DNA of 64,000 nucleotides from a virus (taxonomy: Duplodnaviria > Caudoviricetes): the IMG/VR virus record IMGVR_UViG_3300045609_000068, positions 1-64,000 of that record, one strand, 5' to 3'. The notes below the pieces were generated by a model. That model worked only from the letters and a program-made list of their open reading frames with translations. It had not been told where the DNA came from and did not search any database. Of the stretch, positions 55,682 through 64,000 are shown piece by piece; position 1 is the stretch's first letter; every line of letters starts with the position of its first letter. The translations under genes and the position numbers were made by a program.

Positions 55682-56476
55682 ATGTCGCTAAGAGGAAAGA
55701 TACAGAATGTCACGGGTGACTTCATGGCCGCGGTCAAGAAGACGGCCAGAAAAGGAATCATCGACGAGAGGGGAGGAGTGTTCGGAACAGGGAAAATACT
55801 CGGTTACGTATGCGCCATACACGGTGACGACGACAAGGATGAGGAGCTTCGGGGTACTGTTGACGTGCAGGAATACAACTGCTACGAGGAGGACAACAAC
55901 CATCAGGCGATAGGTTTCCATGAAGGCGTTATGCTTTCCGCCGTGCAAGGGAATACGGACGGTTTCAGGATAGTCCCGCAGATGTATTCGGATGTGGTGA
56001 TATCCACAGACCCGACCACGATGAAGGAATACGTAGTCATGTATTCCCATATATCCAAGATGCAGGTTAAATCAACGGATTCGATAGAGCATACCGTAAC
56101 GGAATACGAGGATTTTTCCGAGACTTCCGAAGGGGGACTTGACAAGGACTATGACGAGCTTGACAGGACAGGGAACGGCTCGACTGTATCGCAGTCGTGT
56201 TCGGAGATAAACCATACGGTAGGTTCCAAGGATGGCAGCTCGAAAGTGAAGCAGACCCCAGTGTTACATTCCGAGGAAGCCAAGAAAATAACGCACAACG
56301 GGGACAAATACCACCATGTGAAATCGGAAACACTTGAAGATATACTGAAACAGCTGCTCGACCTGCTTGCTACAGCCACCGCAGCGGGTTCGCCTCTGTC
56401 AACGGCGGCGGCTATAAGGGCTTTGGAAAACCAGCTGAAGGAAATAGAATCCGATTCCGTTTACCTCGGACATTAA
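55682..56476 (+). CDS. Baseplate spike (gpV-like)
   Basis: OB-fold-like start (G.V.A...GTVDV, V.LS), HNGDKYHH tip, helical C-terminus. Confidence 0.7.
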   Translation: MSLRGKIQNVTGDFMAAVKKTARKGIIDERGGVFGTGKILGYVCAIHGDDDKDEELRGTVDVQEYNCYEEDNNHQAIGFHEGVMLSAVQGNTDGFRIVPQMYSDVVISTDPTTMKEYVVMYSHISKMQVKSTDSIEHTVTEYEDFSETSEGGLDKDYDELDRTGNGSTVSQSCSEINHTVGSKDGSSKVKQTPVLHSEEAKKITHNGDKYHHVKSETLEDILKQLLDLLATATAAGSPLSTAAAIRALENQLKEIESDSVYLGH

Positions 56477-56489
56477 AAATACGACATAT

Positions 56490-56966
56490 ATGGCAACAAT
56501 AAAGGAGACAAGGGACGCACTGAACGGGCTTTCTTCGGGGAAGCTCGGACTGAAACTAGATGCGGTAAAAAGGGAATCGGCACGGAACACGCTGATAGCC
56601 AACGGCAAGAAGGCTACTGACGACGAGATAAACGATGTCCTTGATACATGGAAGAAGAACGGAACCGAAATAGACGCATATTTCCAAAGCGGAATAAGCG
56701 AGATAGAGGCGTCGTTCGCCTCGTTGAGCAACAGCATCAAGAACGTTTCTTCGCAGTTCGCAGGCATCACGGCCACCGCTGCAAGTACGACGGCGAGTCC
56801 CGCGGCAGTCCCGATGCTGGTTCAGATAAAGACACAGGTGTCCGATATACAGGGTACGCTGGCAAAATGCCTTGCGGCCTGCCTGAAAATAAATATCGGA
56901 GCACCCGATCCACTTGTGAATCTGGTGAAGCTGCTGAATACCGCCAAGGGCGTGGTGGGCTTGTAA
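56490..56966 (+). CDS. Hypothetical baseplate-region protein (helical)
   Basis: 158-aa ORF in operon. Confidence 0.65.
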   Translation: MATIKETRDALNGLSSGKLGLKLDAVKRESARNTLIANGKKATDDEINDVLDTWKKNGTEIDAYFQSGISEIEASFASLSNSIKNVSSQFAGITATAASTTASPAAVPMLVQIKTQVSDIQGTLAKCLAACLKINIGAPDPLVNLVKLLNTAKGVVGL

Positions 56967-57011
56967 TTTTGTGCAAACTCACATCGCGCTAGAAACACTA
57001 TATATATACAG

Positions 57012-58391
57012 ATGGCAAAGGATATACTGACAAATGTACACAACGGCAACATCCTTATAGGTGACAGCCGCGGAGTCGCAACAACCGTATACACGGCTGT
57101 GTGGGGAGACTTGCTTGGGGAAAAGGACGGGAAGCTGTACCTTAACATCATCATTTCCCGAAGACAGGTCGGAATGACCGTTGGGAACGGAGACACCATC
57201 CCCATAAACGCCCCTTACTGCCCGAGCGACAGCGTTTTCTACGTGAGGATAATTGTCCGCGCGGAAGACGGGACCTATTCAAAGACGGATATCCTTCCCA
57301 TAAAGAGGCCTGTGTATGTACCTAGCGACGTTTCGAAATCGGGCACTACCATCAACGCATGCGAACTTTTAAGGATAGACCGTGACGGGCAATATCTGAT
57401 ATCCGTGACGATAGACAGCAATCCCGAACTTTCTTTTGCGACATTGTATTCGGGAAAGCAGTCGGACCTCCTTGTCGGTGACAGCGACGACCAGAGCGCG
57501 CAGCTTCTTTCATTGTGCGCACCTGGAAAATATTACAGATATCCTCTGACGGGAATAGGCGTCCACGATTATATCAGCAGCGTCGTAACCCATACCAACC
57601 TTGCGGACAAGGTCGTTGACCAGTTCAACAATGACGGAAGGGCGGTAAGCGATGCGGAATACGACACGAAAACGGGGGAGCTTGACATCTATGCCACTGC
57701 CGGCGAAGTGCAGGAAGACGAAGAGACGCTGACCGCCGTGGCGGATTTGGACGAAGAGCCGTTGAAGTTGCAGTCGGACTATTATATCGCAGAGATTATG
57801 TCGGCTTATACCGACGTCAGTATTGACAACAGCGATTTCGTCAACTCCCTGTATCTTTTCGACAGTTTCTTCGGGCTTTATCTGTTTACCGAAAATGCCG
57901 AATACAAGAGGATTTCCGATACCGTGCAGCAAGGATATGTCATCGGCGAGGACGGAACCGTCACCGCAGCAAGCAATACAGATTACGCTGTAGCGTCCGA
58001 AAAGCTGTATGCTGGGGACATCATCGCTTTCAGGCTTGACGCATACAACTATGCGACCAATCCCGTGTTCATCCTGAAGGACTCGGACAGCACCGTTTAC
58101 GTGTCTCCAATTTCAGACACCGACCTTTCCGACGAAGACTATATGAAATGCGCGGTCATCCTGAAGGAATGCACCATAAGCTACGGTATTTCATACAGCG
58201 CATTTACGGGCAATACGGACAGGGGAGTTTTCCTAGTTTCCCAAAACGACAACAACTACAACCGCATGGCAGCCGTCACGGTTGACGAGAAGACTGGCAG
58301 GGTGATATGCTCGATAACGCAGAACTCCGTCGTCACCGACGCCGTAATCCAAGGGGAAGACAATGTTTTACACATGAATATAAATCTATAA
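57012..58391 (+). CDS. Baseplate protein with central gp25/W-like wedge domain
   Basis: VGDSD.Q.AQLL....PG.Y..YPL.GIG...Y......L...V..QF..DG. Confidence 0.6.
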   Translation: MAKDILTNVHNGNILIGDSRGVATTVYTAVWGDLLGEKDGKLYLNIIISRRQVGMTVGNGDTIPINAPYCPSDSVFYVRIIVRAEDGTYSKTDILPIKRPVYVPSDVSKSGTTINACELLRIDRDGQYLISVTIDSNPELSFATLYSGKQSDLLVGDSDDQSAQLLSLCAPGKYYRYPLTGIGVHDYISSVVTHTNLADKVVDQFNNDGRAVSDAEYDTKTGELDIYATAGEVQEDEETLTAVADLDEEPLKLQSDYYIAEIMSAYTDVSIDNSDFVNSLYLFDSFFGLYLFTENAEYKRISDTVQQGYVIGEDGTVTAASNTDYAVASEKLYAGDIIAFRLDAYNYATNPVFILKDSDSTVYVSPISDTDLSDEDYMKCAVILKECTISYGISYSAFTGNTDRGVFLVSQNDNNYNRMAAVTVDEKTGRVICSITQNSVVTDAVIQGEDNVLHMNINL

Positions 58392-58395
58392 CACA

Positions 58396-58749
58396 ATGAG
58401 CAGCAAATACATATCAATAGCGTCGGTTCCAGTGGAACGTGGAAGTTATTCTTCAAGCGAAAGATACTATGCGTACAATAACGTCACGATGTGTTCGTGC
58501 CGGTTCCAATGCAAGGGGAACGGAATTGTCAACGTACCTCCTCTCGTCCCCATCAAGGATTCGGCTGGAAACGACACAGCGCAGTACGAGTTCGCGAATA
58601 CGGCACAGTGGACCTGCATACTGGATAACCTTAACATCTACAATGCTAAGGTCATAGCCCATATATTCACTACGGAAGACGACATGAAAAAACTGATTGA
58701 CGCCAAGACGTACAACGAGGACGCAATATACTTAACGCTGGAGGAATAG
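58396..58749 (+). CDS. Tail-associated hypothetical protein
   Basis: Ends L.DAKTYNED.IY..LEE. Confidence 0.65.
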   Translation: MSSKYISIASVPVERGSYSSSERYYAYNNVTMCSCRFQCKGNGIVNVPPLVPIKDSAGNDTAQYEFANTAQWTCILDNLNIYNAKVIAHIFTTEDDMKKLIDAKTYNEDAIYLTLEE

Positions 58750-58751
58750 CC

Positions 58752-58925
58752 ATGATATACAAAAGCGGGAAACAGATATCCCAGTTATTCTACAGGGGGA
58801 AAGCCATTACCGCCGTGTACCACGGAGCGGAACTGATATGGCAGGCGGTGCGCAGCTGCTTCGGTTCGGGTTTGTGGTTAAACCTGAAAGTATGGGAAGA
58901 CGCTGACCCGTGGAAAAATAATTAA
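58752..58925 (+). CDS. Small tail-associated protein (57 aa, not in ORF track)
   Basis: MIYKSGKQI...YRGKAITAVYHG..LIW..CFGSG.W. Confidence 0.7.
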   Translation: MIYKSGKQISQLFYRGKAITAVYHGAELIWQAVRSCFGSGLWLNLKVWEDADPWKNN

Positions 58926-58936
58926 ACAAATTAGAT

Positions 58937-61900
58937 ATGGAAAAGAAAATAGACGAAGAGATAAATTCCCTCGCGACCGAATGGGAGGGTTATCTGGGAA
59001 GCCGCGTACAGGCGTTCATCAAATCAGAGTTCAAGAAAAGTTTCGGATATTCCAAGAGAAGCGACAACAAGGAGGATGACGGATTCTTCCATCTGCGTTT
59101 TTTCAGGACCGAGGATGATTTCAACAACTGGAACACGGATAAGGAAACTTATGCTAGCAATGTCCTTTCCGATGTCACGCTGCCCGATTCCACGAGCAGC
59201 GCAGTGAGCTATATCGTCGCATTGGAGAACAAGAGCGACAAGATAATAACCACTACGGACAAGAGCGTAAAGGTGAACATCCGCTTCACTTCGCAGGTTT
59301 ACAACCCTATCACGCAGACGACAAAGAACACCGACGAGCAAGGCGAGCTGACCATACAGACGAAAATGGAAGGAGCAACCGCATGGACCACCAAGGTGAC
59401 GCATACGATTAACAGCGACGATGCCGACGACCCTACGTCTTATCAGACCGTAGACATATCGGATTATCTTGTTACGGGTACGCAGCTTGTGCGTATGATA
59501 GTCAAAGGAAGTACGTCAGGCGCGGCTTCCACATACATTTCGTTAAGTGTCACGATGACGAACCTTTCCATGCAATACAGCGTGGATTGGGAGAATGTGT
59601 TCACATACGCCAGATATCCAGTCATCAGCATTCCGATATTCGTTACGGGAACCGTAGCTAAAGTCCTGCATCTTAATGTCGCAGGCACTAACTACAGCAA
59701 GGACTATACATATACCTTGGGCACAAGCGTTTACAGCTCGACGCCTTACGTGGCTTCCATAGACCATCCTAATGCGCATGGTGTGTATACCATAACAGGT
59801 TATCTGGAAAGCGGTTCCGTTAAGACAGCCAGCGTGATACTGAGAATCATGTGTACGGTAGAAGGCGGTAATACGAACCTTATCGTGCTAAACGACGTGC
59901 AGCAGAGCATAGCGAACTGGAGTAACGTCATTCCGTTCAAATATGCGATTTACAATCCATCCTCCCAATCCACCGATGTCACGTTCAACCTGATGAACGA
60001 CGGGAAGACCGCAAGCTACTGGAGCGAAAAGGAAAGTGCGGTCGCCAACGGGGTGCAGAAGACATTGCAGTTCTCGCTCGAAGTGGAAACTGACACTACG
60101 GACAGTTTCAATGCAAGAATGGAGTTCTTGGCCGACGACGGTTCGAACATAAGGGATATTCTTCTGTTCAAGATAGACAATTCTGAAAACTTCGCCCCCA
60201 CATCAGGCGCGGATTTCATCCTCAACCCTAAAACGAGGAGCAACAACGAGACAACTCCTGAAACTATCATCAACACAGCCAATGGAAGTACCGTACCAAG
60301 CACATGGACGGGATTCGTGCATCATGCCGACGGATGGGTCGCCGATGAAAGTCTGAACAGATGTCTCCGTGTACTTTCAGGAGAAAGGCTTAATATATCA
60401 TACGAACCTTTTTCGGATGATACAGGCACATACGGGCTTACGATGGAGTTTGACATAGCAGTGAGAAATTCAACCGACGAAACTGCACAGATACTTGGTA
60501 TAAACACGACTCTTTCGGCTGACAACCAGCCTTTGGGCCTTATGATTTGCCCTCATCAGGTATTCTTCATGACGAAGAACAAGCGTGTGAAACTGGATCA
60601 GGACGCAGGCTTCGAGGAGGATGTGCGCACGCATATATCAATCAATATCGTGAACAACCTGTATGCAAGCAAGATAAACTACGTGAGGATTTTCGTCAAC
60701 GGAACAAATGCCCGCGAATTTGTGTATACCGATACGGACGCTTTCTGGCAGGCCGTCAACGGCGTGAAGTCGAGCGGAGGCATACAGATAGGTTGCGACA
60801 CCGCAGATGTTGATATATACGGCATAAGAATATATAAGGCTAACCTTTCGGAAAGCAGCATCAGAAAGGACTTTATGGCCACGATTCCAGATGTGACGGA
60901 CAAAAAGCGGTACAAGTACAACAATGAAATCGTGGGTGACAGCGGAGAGATTGACTATCAGAAAGTTCTTCTAAGATACAATACGATGGTGCTTACAGGA
61001 AGACGTCCAAGTCTTGCAAGCCCTTCTTCAGGGACTTGCGACCTTTCAATCAACATTATCGGTGATGCCGCCCACAGCGGAACCATCAATCACATGACGA
61101 CCAAAGGTCAGGGTTCTACCAGTAAGAAATATTGGAAATGGAACTGTCAGTACGGGTTCTCTTCCGATTCGGTATGGACAGACGGAAACGGAACGGCGCA
61201 TGGCGCATGTTATCAGATAGCCGAAGGGCAGCCATTGGCGAAGAAGCTGGTTGATAAAATAAATTGGGCATCTTCTATGCAGTCGCATAAGCCAGGAGCT
61301 ACGGCGGCATATAACGACTTGTATAAAGCCGTTGTCGGAAACACAGGTATAACAGCGACGGAAGGGTACGAGAATTGCCGTGTTTCTGTATATCAGCGTC
61401 CGTTCTTCCTTTTCGTGAAAGACACAGAAACGTCCGACCCTGTATTCTACAGTCTTGTGACATTCGGTGCGGCAAAAGCGGATGCGCCTACATTCGGTTA
61501 CGATAAGACCAAATTCCCCGACTATCTTCTCATAGAAGGAAGCGACAACAACCCGGCACTTACCTTGTGCCATGTTCCATGGATAACGGAAGACGTGGTG
61601 TATTCTGATGATGAAGGCGGTTGGGTGTACAACGGAATCACATCGTTCGACTATGATTTGGGAAACAAGGACCGTATTGACAAATTCATTGCGGCCCATA
61701 ATTTCGTTTGGCAATGCAGCAACAGGCTGAAACCTTATGCAGGTACGGCAGAAGCATTGCAGGCCGACGCAACACTCGACAAGACGTATCAGTATTGGGT
61801 CACTAAGTCAAGTACGGGAGCGGCGCAATACGACCTTTTCAGATATGATTACCTGACAAGTTCTTGGGTCGGAAGCGGCCTGACAAAATCGGGTAGCGGA

Positions 61901-64000
61901 ACATATTCCGTTCTGAATTTGAAGACGCAGCTATCAAGCTATCTATTAGGGTTCGATACTAATTCCGACGTAGTTAACGAGGAATGGGACAACGTCAACG
62001 GATTGTTCATCAGCGCGCGCCTTATGATGTTCAAGGATGGGGCAAGCAAATATTACAACATACAGAGTATGCTGTTTGCCATGAACTTCCTGAAGATGCA
62101 CGGAGCATCCGATAACAGGGCGAAGAACACATATTTGTTTGTAGATCCTGTATCAGGGCTGATTTGCTTCGCGCAAGACGACCTTGATACTATCATCATG
62201 ACAAACAACCAAGGTCAGAAAGACAAACCATACTATGTGGAAGAGCACGACAAGGACGCAAACGGAAAGTTCTATTGGAACGGTGAGAACAACACTCTTT
62301 ACAATGTGGTGGAACAGTCATTCGCGGACGAACAGAGAAGTAATATGCGCGCCATGCTCACGGAAGCCGCTAAACTTGGCGGAGGCACGCTGGATGGATA
62401 TTTGCAGAAATATTTCTATTCGGTGACGGACTATTTCCCTTCAGTGGCTTACAATCTTACCGCAAAACTTCTGTATGAGGAAGCGGAGAAACATTACGGA
62501 GTAGACTATACGAACGATACAGACCCTATCACGCAGTCGCTTGGAAGTCAGGCAGAGTGCGAGAAACAATGGTGGAAGCAAAGAATCCCTTACATATCAT
62601 CATACGCATGTTACGGGGAGTTCTCTTCCGAACCTACTGGCGGCTCCATAACATTCCGTACTACAGAAAGCACTACGGTGCATTTCGACTTGACACCGTC
62701 AATGTGGCTATATCCTACCGTAACCTTGGGACAGACACTTGTCCAGTTCGGAAAACGAGTTAAAGCAGGTGAGACCTTATCGCTGAATGTTCCGACGGAC
62801 AGCAATACGCAAATGTACATCACGGGTGCTAATTATATGGACAGCATCGGAAAGTGGGTTGACAAACCTGCAAACGGAGCCTTCACATTCATCGGAAGCA
62901 AGATTAAGGAACTTGTGGCAGGAACCACGACAGGCGAAACAGTCCACCTGAAAATAACTGGCGTAACCGTCAAGAGCATGAAGAACCTTCGGACACTCAA
63001 TCTCGCCAACCTTACTACCTTAACGGGTGAACTCGATGTGTCCGAACTTAGCAAGCTACAGACGTTGAATATGTCAGGCACAACCATAACATCAGTCGAT
63101 TTGCCAGCCAATTCGCAATATCTCAAGGAGGTGCATTACCCTTCAACTATCACCGACATCAGACTTGACAACATAGCAAGCCTAAAAACGGTTAAGTTCG
63201 ACGGCGTAACGAATCTGCAAAATGTCTATATCAACCAGAAAGACATTAGCAGCGTTGACACGTATTCCCTCATCAAGATGATAGCGGCACAGTCTGCAAA
63301 TATAGAGTCCATAGAACTTTATAACGTGAACTGGTCCAACTGTTCAGTCGATATACTGAACTATCTCCTAAAGATGGGCGCAAAGGTAACTGGAAAGATA
63401 AATGTAGCCGACGAAAGTACAGACAAGAAATATTTCTCCTATTCCCTGAAAAAGACGATGGTTGACACATTCGGGAATATCGACAGCGAGAGCAATGCCC
63501 TTTACGTCACGTATACGAAGAAATACACCACCACATTGGGAATGAGACATACCAACGATTTGTATGTGATCGGAAAACATACGCTGACGCTGGTTCCTTA
63601 TCCGCCTTCGGCAAACGATATATCTGTAACGACAAATTCTCTCGGAAAAGCCGTGATGAACACGAAGTGGTCCATAGAAACAGCGGCGCAGAATTATGTG
63701 ACCGTCACCGACGAGTATAACGGAATATTCGAGACGACGAACAATACGTCATCAAGCGCTTTCGAGGTCACTTGCACTGTTACATTACAGGACGGTACGA
63801 CGAAAGTTGTTACTCAGAAAATGGAATTTTACCGAAGAATACCTCACGTGGGCGATTTCGCCTATTGTGACGGTAGTTTCTCTGCGGTATACAATTCCAA
63901 TGTATCCATCGTAGGAATTGTATTCAAGGTTGACAAACTTTCTGACACACAATATAAGGCGACGAGTGTTTCCCTAAGCGACTTGACTTCATATCCATGG
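58937..64000 (+). CDS. Giant tail fibre/adhesin-like protein (more than 1688 aa, 3' incomplete) with CotH-kinase-like and LRR regions
   Basis: Same frame confirmed at 58937, 61106, 62111, 63842 and 63998; omitted from track because it has no stop in the window. Confidence 0.85.
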   Translation, partial: MEKKIDEEINSLATEWEGYLGSRVQAFIKSEFKKSFGYSKRSDNKEDDGFFHLRFFRTEDDFNNWNTDKETYASNVLSDVTLPDSTSSAVSYIVALENKSDKIITTTDKSVKVNIRFTSQVYNPITQTTKNTDEQGELTIQTKMEGATAWTTKVTHTINSDDADDPTSYQTVDISDYLVTGTQLVRMIVKGSTSGAASTYISLSVTMTNLSMQYSVDWENVFTYARYPVISIPIFVTGTVAKVLHLNVAGTNYSKDYTYTLGTSVYSSTPYVASIDHPNAHGVYTITGYLESGSVKTASVILRIMCTVEGGNTNLIVLNDVQQSIANWSNVIPFKYAIYNPSSQSTDVTFNLMNDGKTASYWSEKESAVANGVQKTLQFSLEVETDTTDSFNARMEFLADDGSNIRDILLFKIDNSENFAPTSGADFILNPKTRSNNETTPETIINTANGSTVPSTWTGFVHHADGWVADESLNRCLRVLSGERLNISYEPFSDDTGTYGLTMEFDIAVRNSTDETAQILGINTTLSADNQPLGLMICPHQVFFMTKNKRVKLDQDAGFEEDVRTHISINIVNNLYASKINYVRIFVNGTNAREFVYTDTDAFWQAVNGVKSSGGIQIGCDTADVDIYGIRIYKANLSESSIRKDFMATIPDVTDKKRYKYNNEIVGDSGEIDYQKVLLRYNTMVLTGRRPSLASPSSGTCDLSINIIGDAAHSGTINHMTTKGQGSTSKKYWKWNCQYGFSSDSVWTDGNGTAHGACYQIAEGQPLAKKLVDKINWASSMQSHKPGATAAYNDLYKAVVGNTGITATEGYENCRVSVYQRPFFLFVKDTETSDPVFYSLVTFGAAKADAPTFGYDKTKFPDYLLIEGSDNNPALTLCHVPWITEDVVYSDDEGGWVYNGITSFDYDLGNKDRIDKFIAAHNFVWQCSNRLKPYAGTAEALQADATLDKTYQYWVTKSSTGAAQYDLFRYDYLTSSWVGSGLTKSGSGTYSVLNLKTQLSSYLLGFDTNSDVVNEEWDNVNGLFISARLMMFKDGASKYYNIQSMLFAMNFLKMHGASDNRAKNTYLFVDPVSGLICFAQDDLDTIIMTNNQGQKDKPYYVEEHDKDANGKFYWNGENNTLYNVVEQSFADEQRSNMRAMLTEAAKLGGGTLDGYLQKYFYSVTDYFPSVAYNLTAKLLYEEAEKHYGVDYTNDTDPITQSLGSQAECEKQWWKQRIPYISSYACYGEFSSEPTGGSITFRTTESTTVHFDLTPSMWLYPTVTLGQTLVQFGKRVKAGETLSLNVPTDSNTQMYITGANYMDSIGKWVDKPANGAFTFIGSKIKELVAGTTTGETVHLKITGVTVKSMKNLRTLNLANLTTLTGELDVSELSKLQTLNMSGTTITSVDLPANSQYLKEVHYPSTITDIRLDNIASLKTVKFDGVTNLQNVYINQKDISSVDTYSLIKMIAAQSANIESIELYNVNWSNCSVDILNYLLKMGAKVTGKINVADESTDKKYFSYSLKKTMVDTFGNIDSESNALYVTYTKKYTTTLGMRHTNDLYVIGKHTLTLVPYPPSANDISVTTNSLGKAVMNTKWSIETAAQNYVTVTDEYNGIFETTNNTSSSAFEVTCTVTLQDGTTKVVTQKMEFYRRIPHVGDFAYCDGSFSAVYNSNVSIVGIVFKVDKLSDTQYKATSVSLSDLTSYPW

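Larger units (their letters stand above)
1..64000. mobile_element. Bacteroidota contractile-tailed phage or prophage segment (both ends outside the window)
   Basis: Portal, ClpP-type protease, capsid, sheath, tube, TMP and baseplate genes plus RecT/RusA, antirepressors and a tyrosine recombinase; no host genes; no att site seen. Confidence 0.95.

Noticed and set aside
36250-58391. Extracellular contractile injection system or T6SS, suggested by two sheath genes
   Set aside because: Portal, protease, capsid and gpF genes are in the same module, so this is a phage
1-64000. Stop-codon recoding (TAG to Gln, as in Lak and some crAss-like phages)
   Set aside because: Long genes are intact under the standard code, and TAG ends several genes cleanly (TMP, chaperone, 84-aa gene)
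1-64000. tRNA, rRNA, attL/attR, terminase, lysis genes, DGR reverse transcriptase
   Set aside because: None could be recognised in this window; they may lie outside it

Overview
The whole window is phage DNA with no host housekeeping, rRNA, tRNA or CRISPR features. It is part of a large contractile-tailed (myovirus-like), probably temperate phage of a Bacteroidota host (Prevotella/Bacteroides-like), judged from TAnnTTTG promoters and from DUF932, PcfJ/PcfK, DUF2586 and DUF6046-type genes. All family assignments are by motif recognition, not database search. Layout: (1) 0.3-22 kb, leftward: recombination genes (RusA, MBL nuclease, RecT, SMC-like ATPase), an antirepressor, and about 25 mostly small early genes; (2) 22-23.5 kb AT-rich control region; (3) 23.6-29.6 kb: wHTH proteins, RNase H, a short tyrosine recombinase; (4) 29.8-38.9 kb head and tail genes; (5) 38.9-53 kb: antirepressors, an AT-rich accessory block, and an inverted block holding the tape measure gene and a second sheath gene; (6) 53-64 kb: baseplate genes and a giant fibre-like ORF that runs off the end. 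Terminase, lysis and replisome genes are not in the window. Best leads: a canonical -1 frameshift signal that would fuse the portal to the Mu gpF-like protein; an 84-aa membrane protein that copies an internal 34-aa segment of the phage's own tape measure protein (candidate superinfection-exclusion decoy); an inverted TMP/second-sheath block bounded by degenerate inverted repeats; a recurring palindrome plus TGATWWWCA-N3-ASTT element in antirepressor genes; and a phage-type ACTATAT promoter-like motif.
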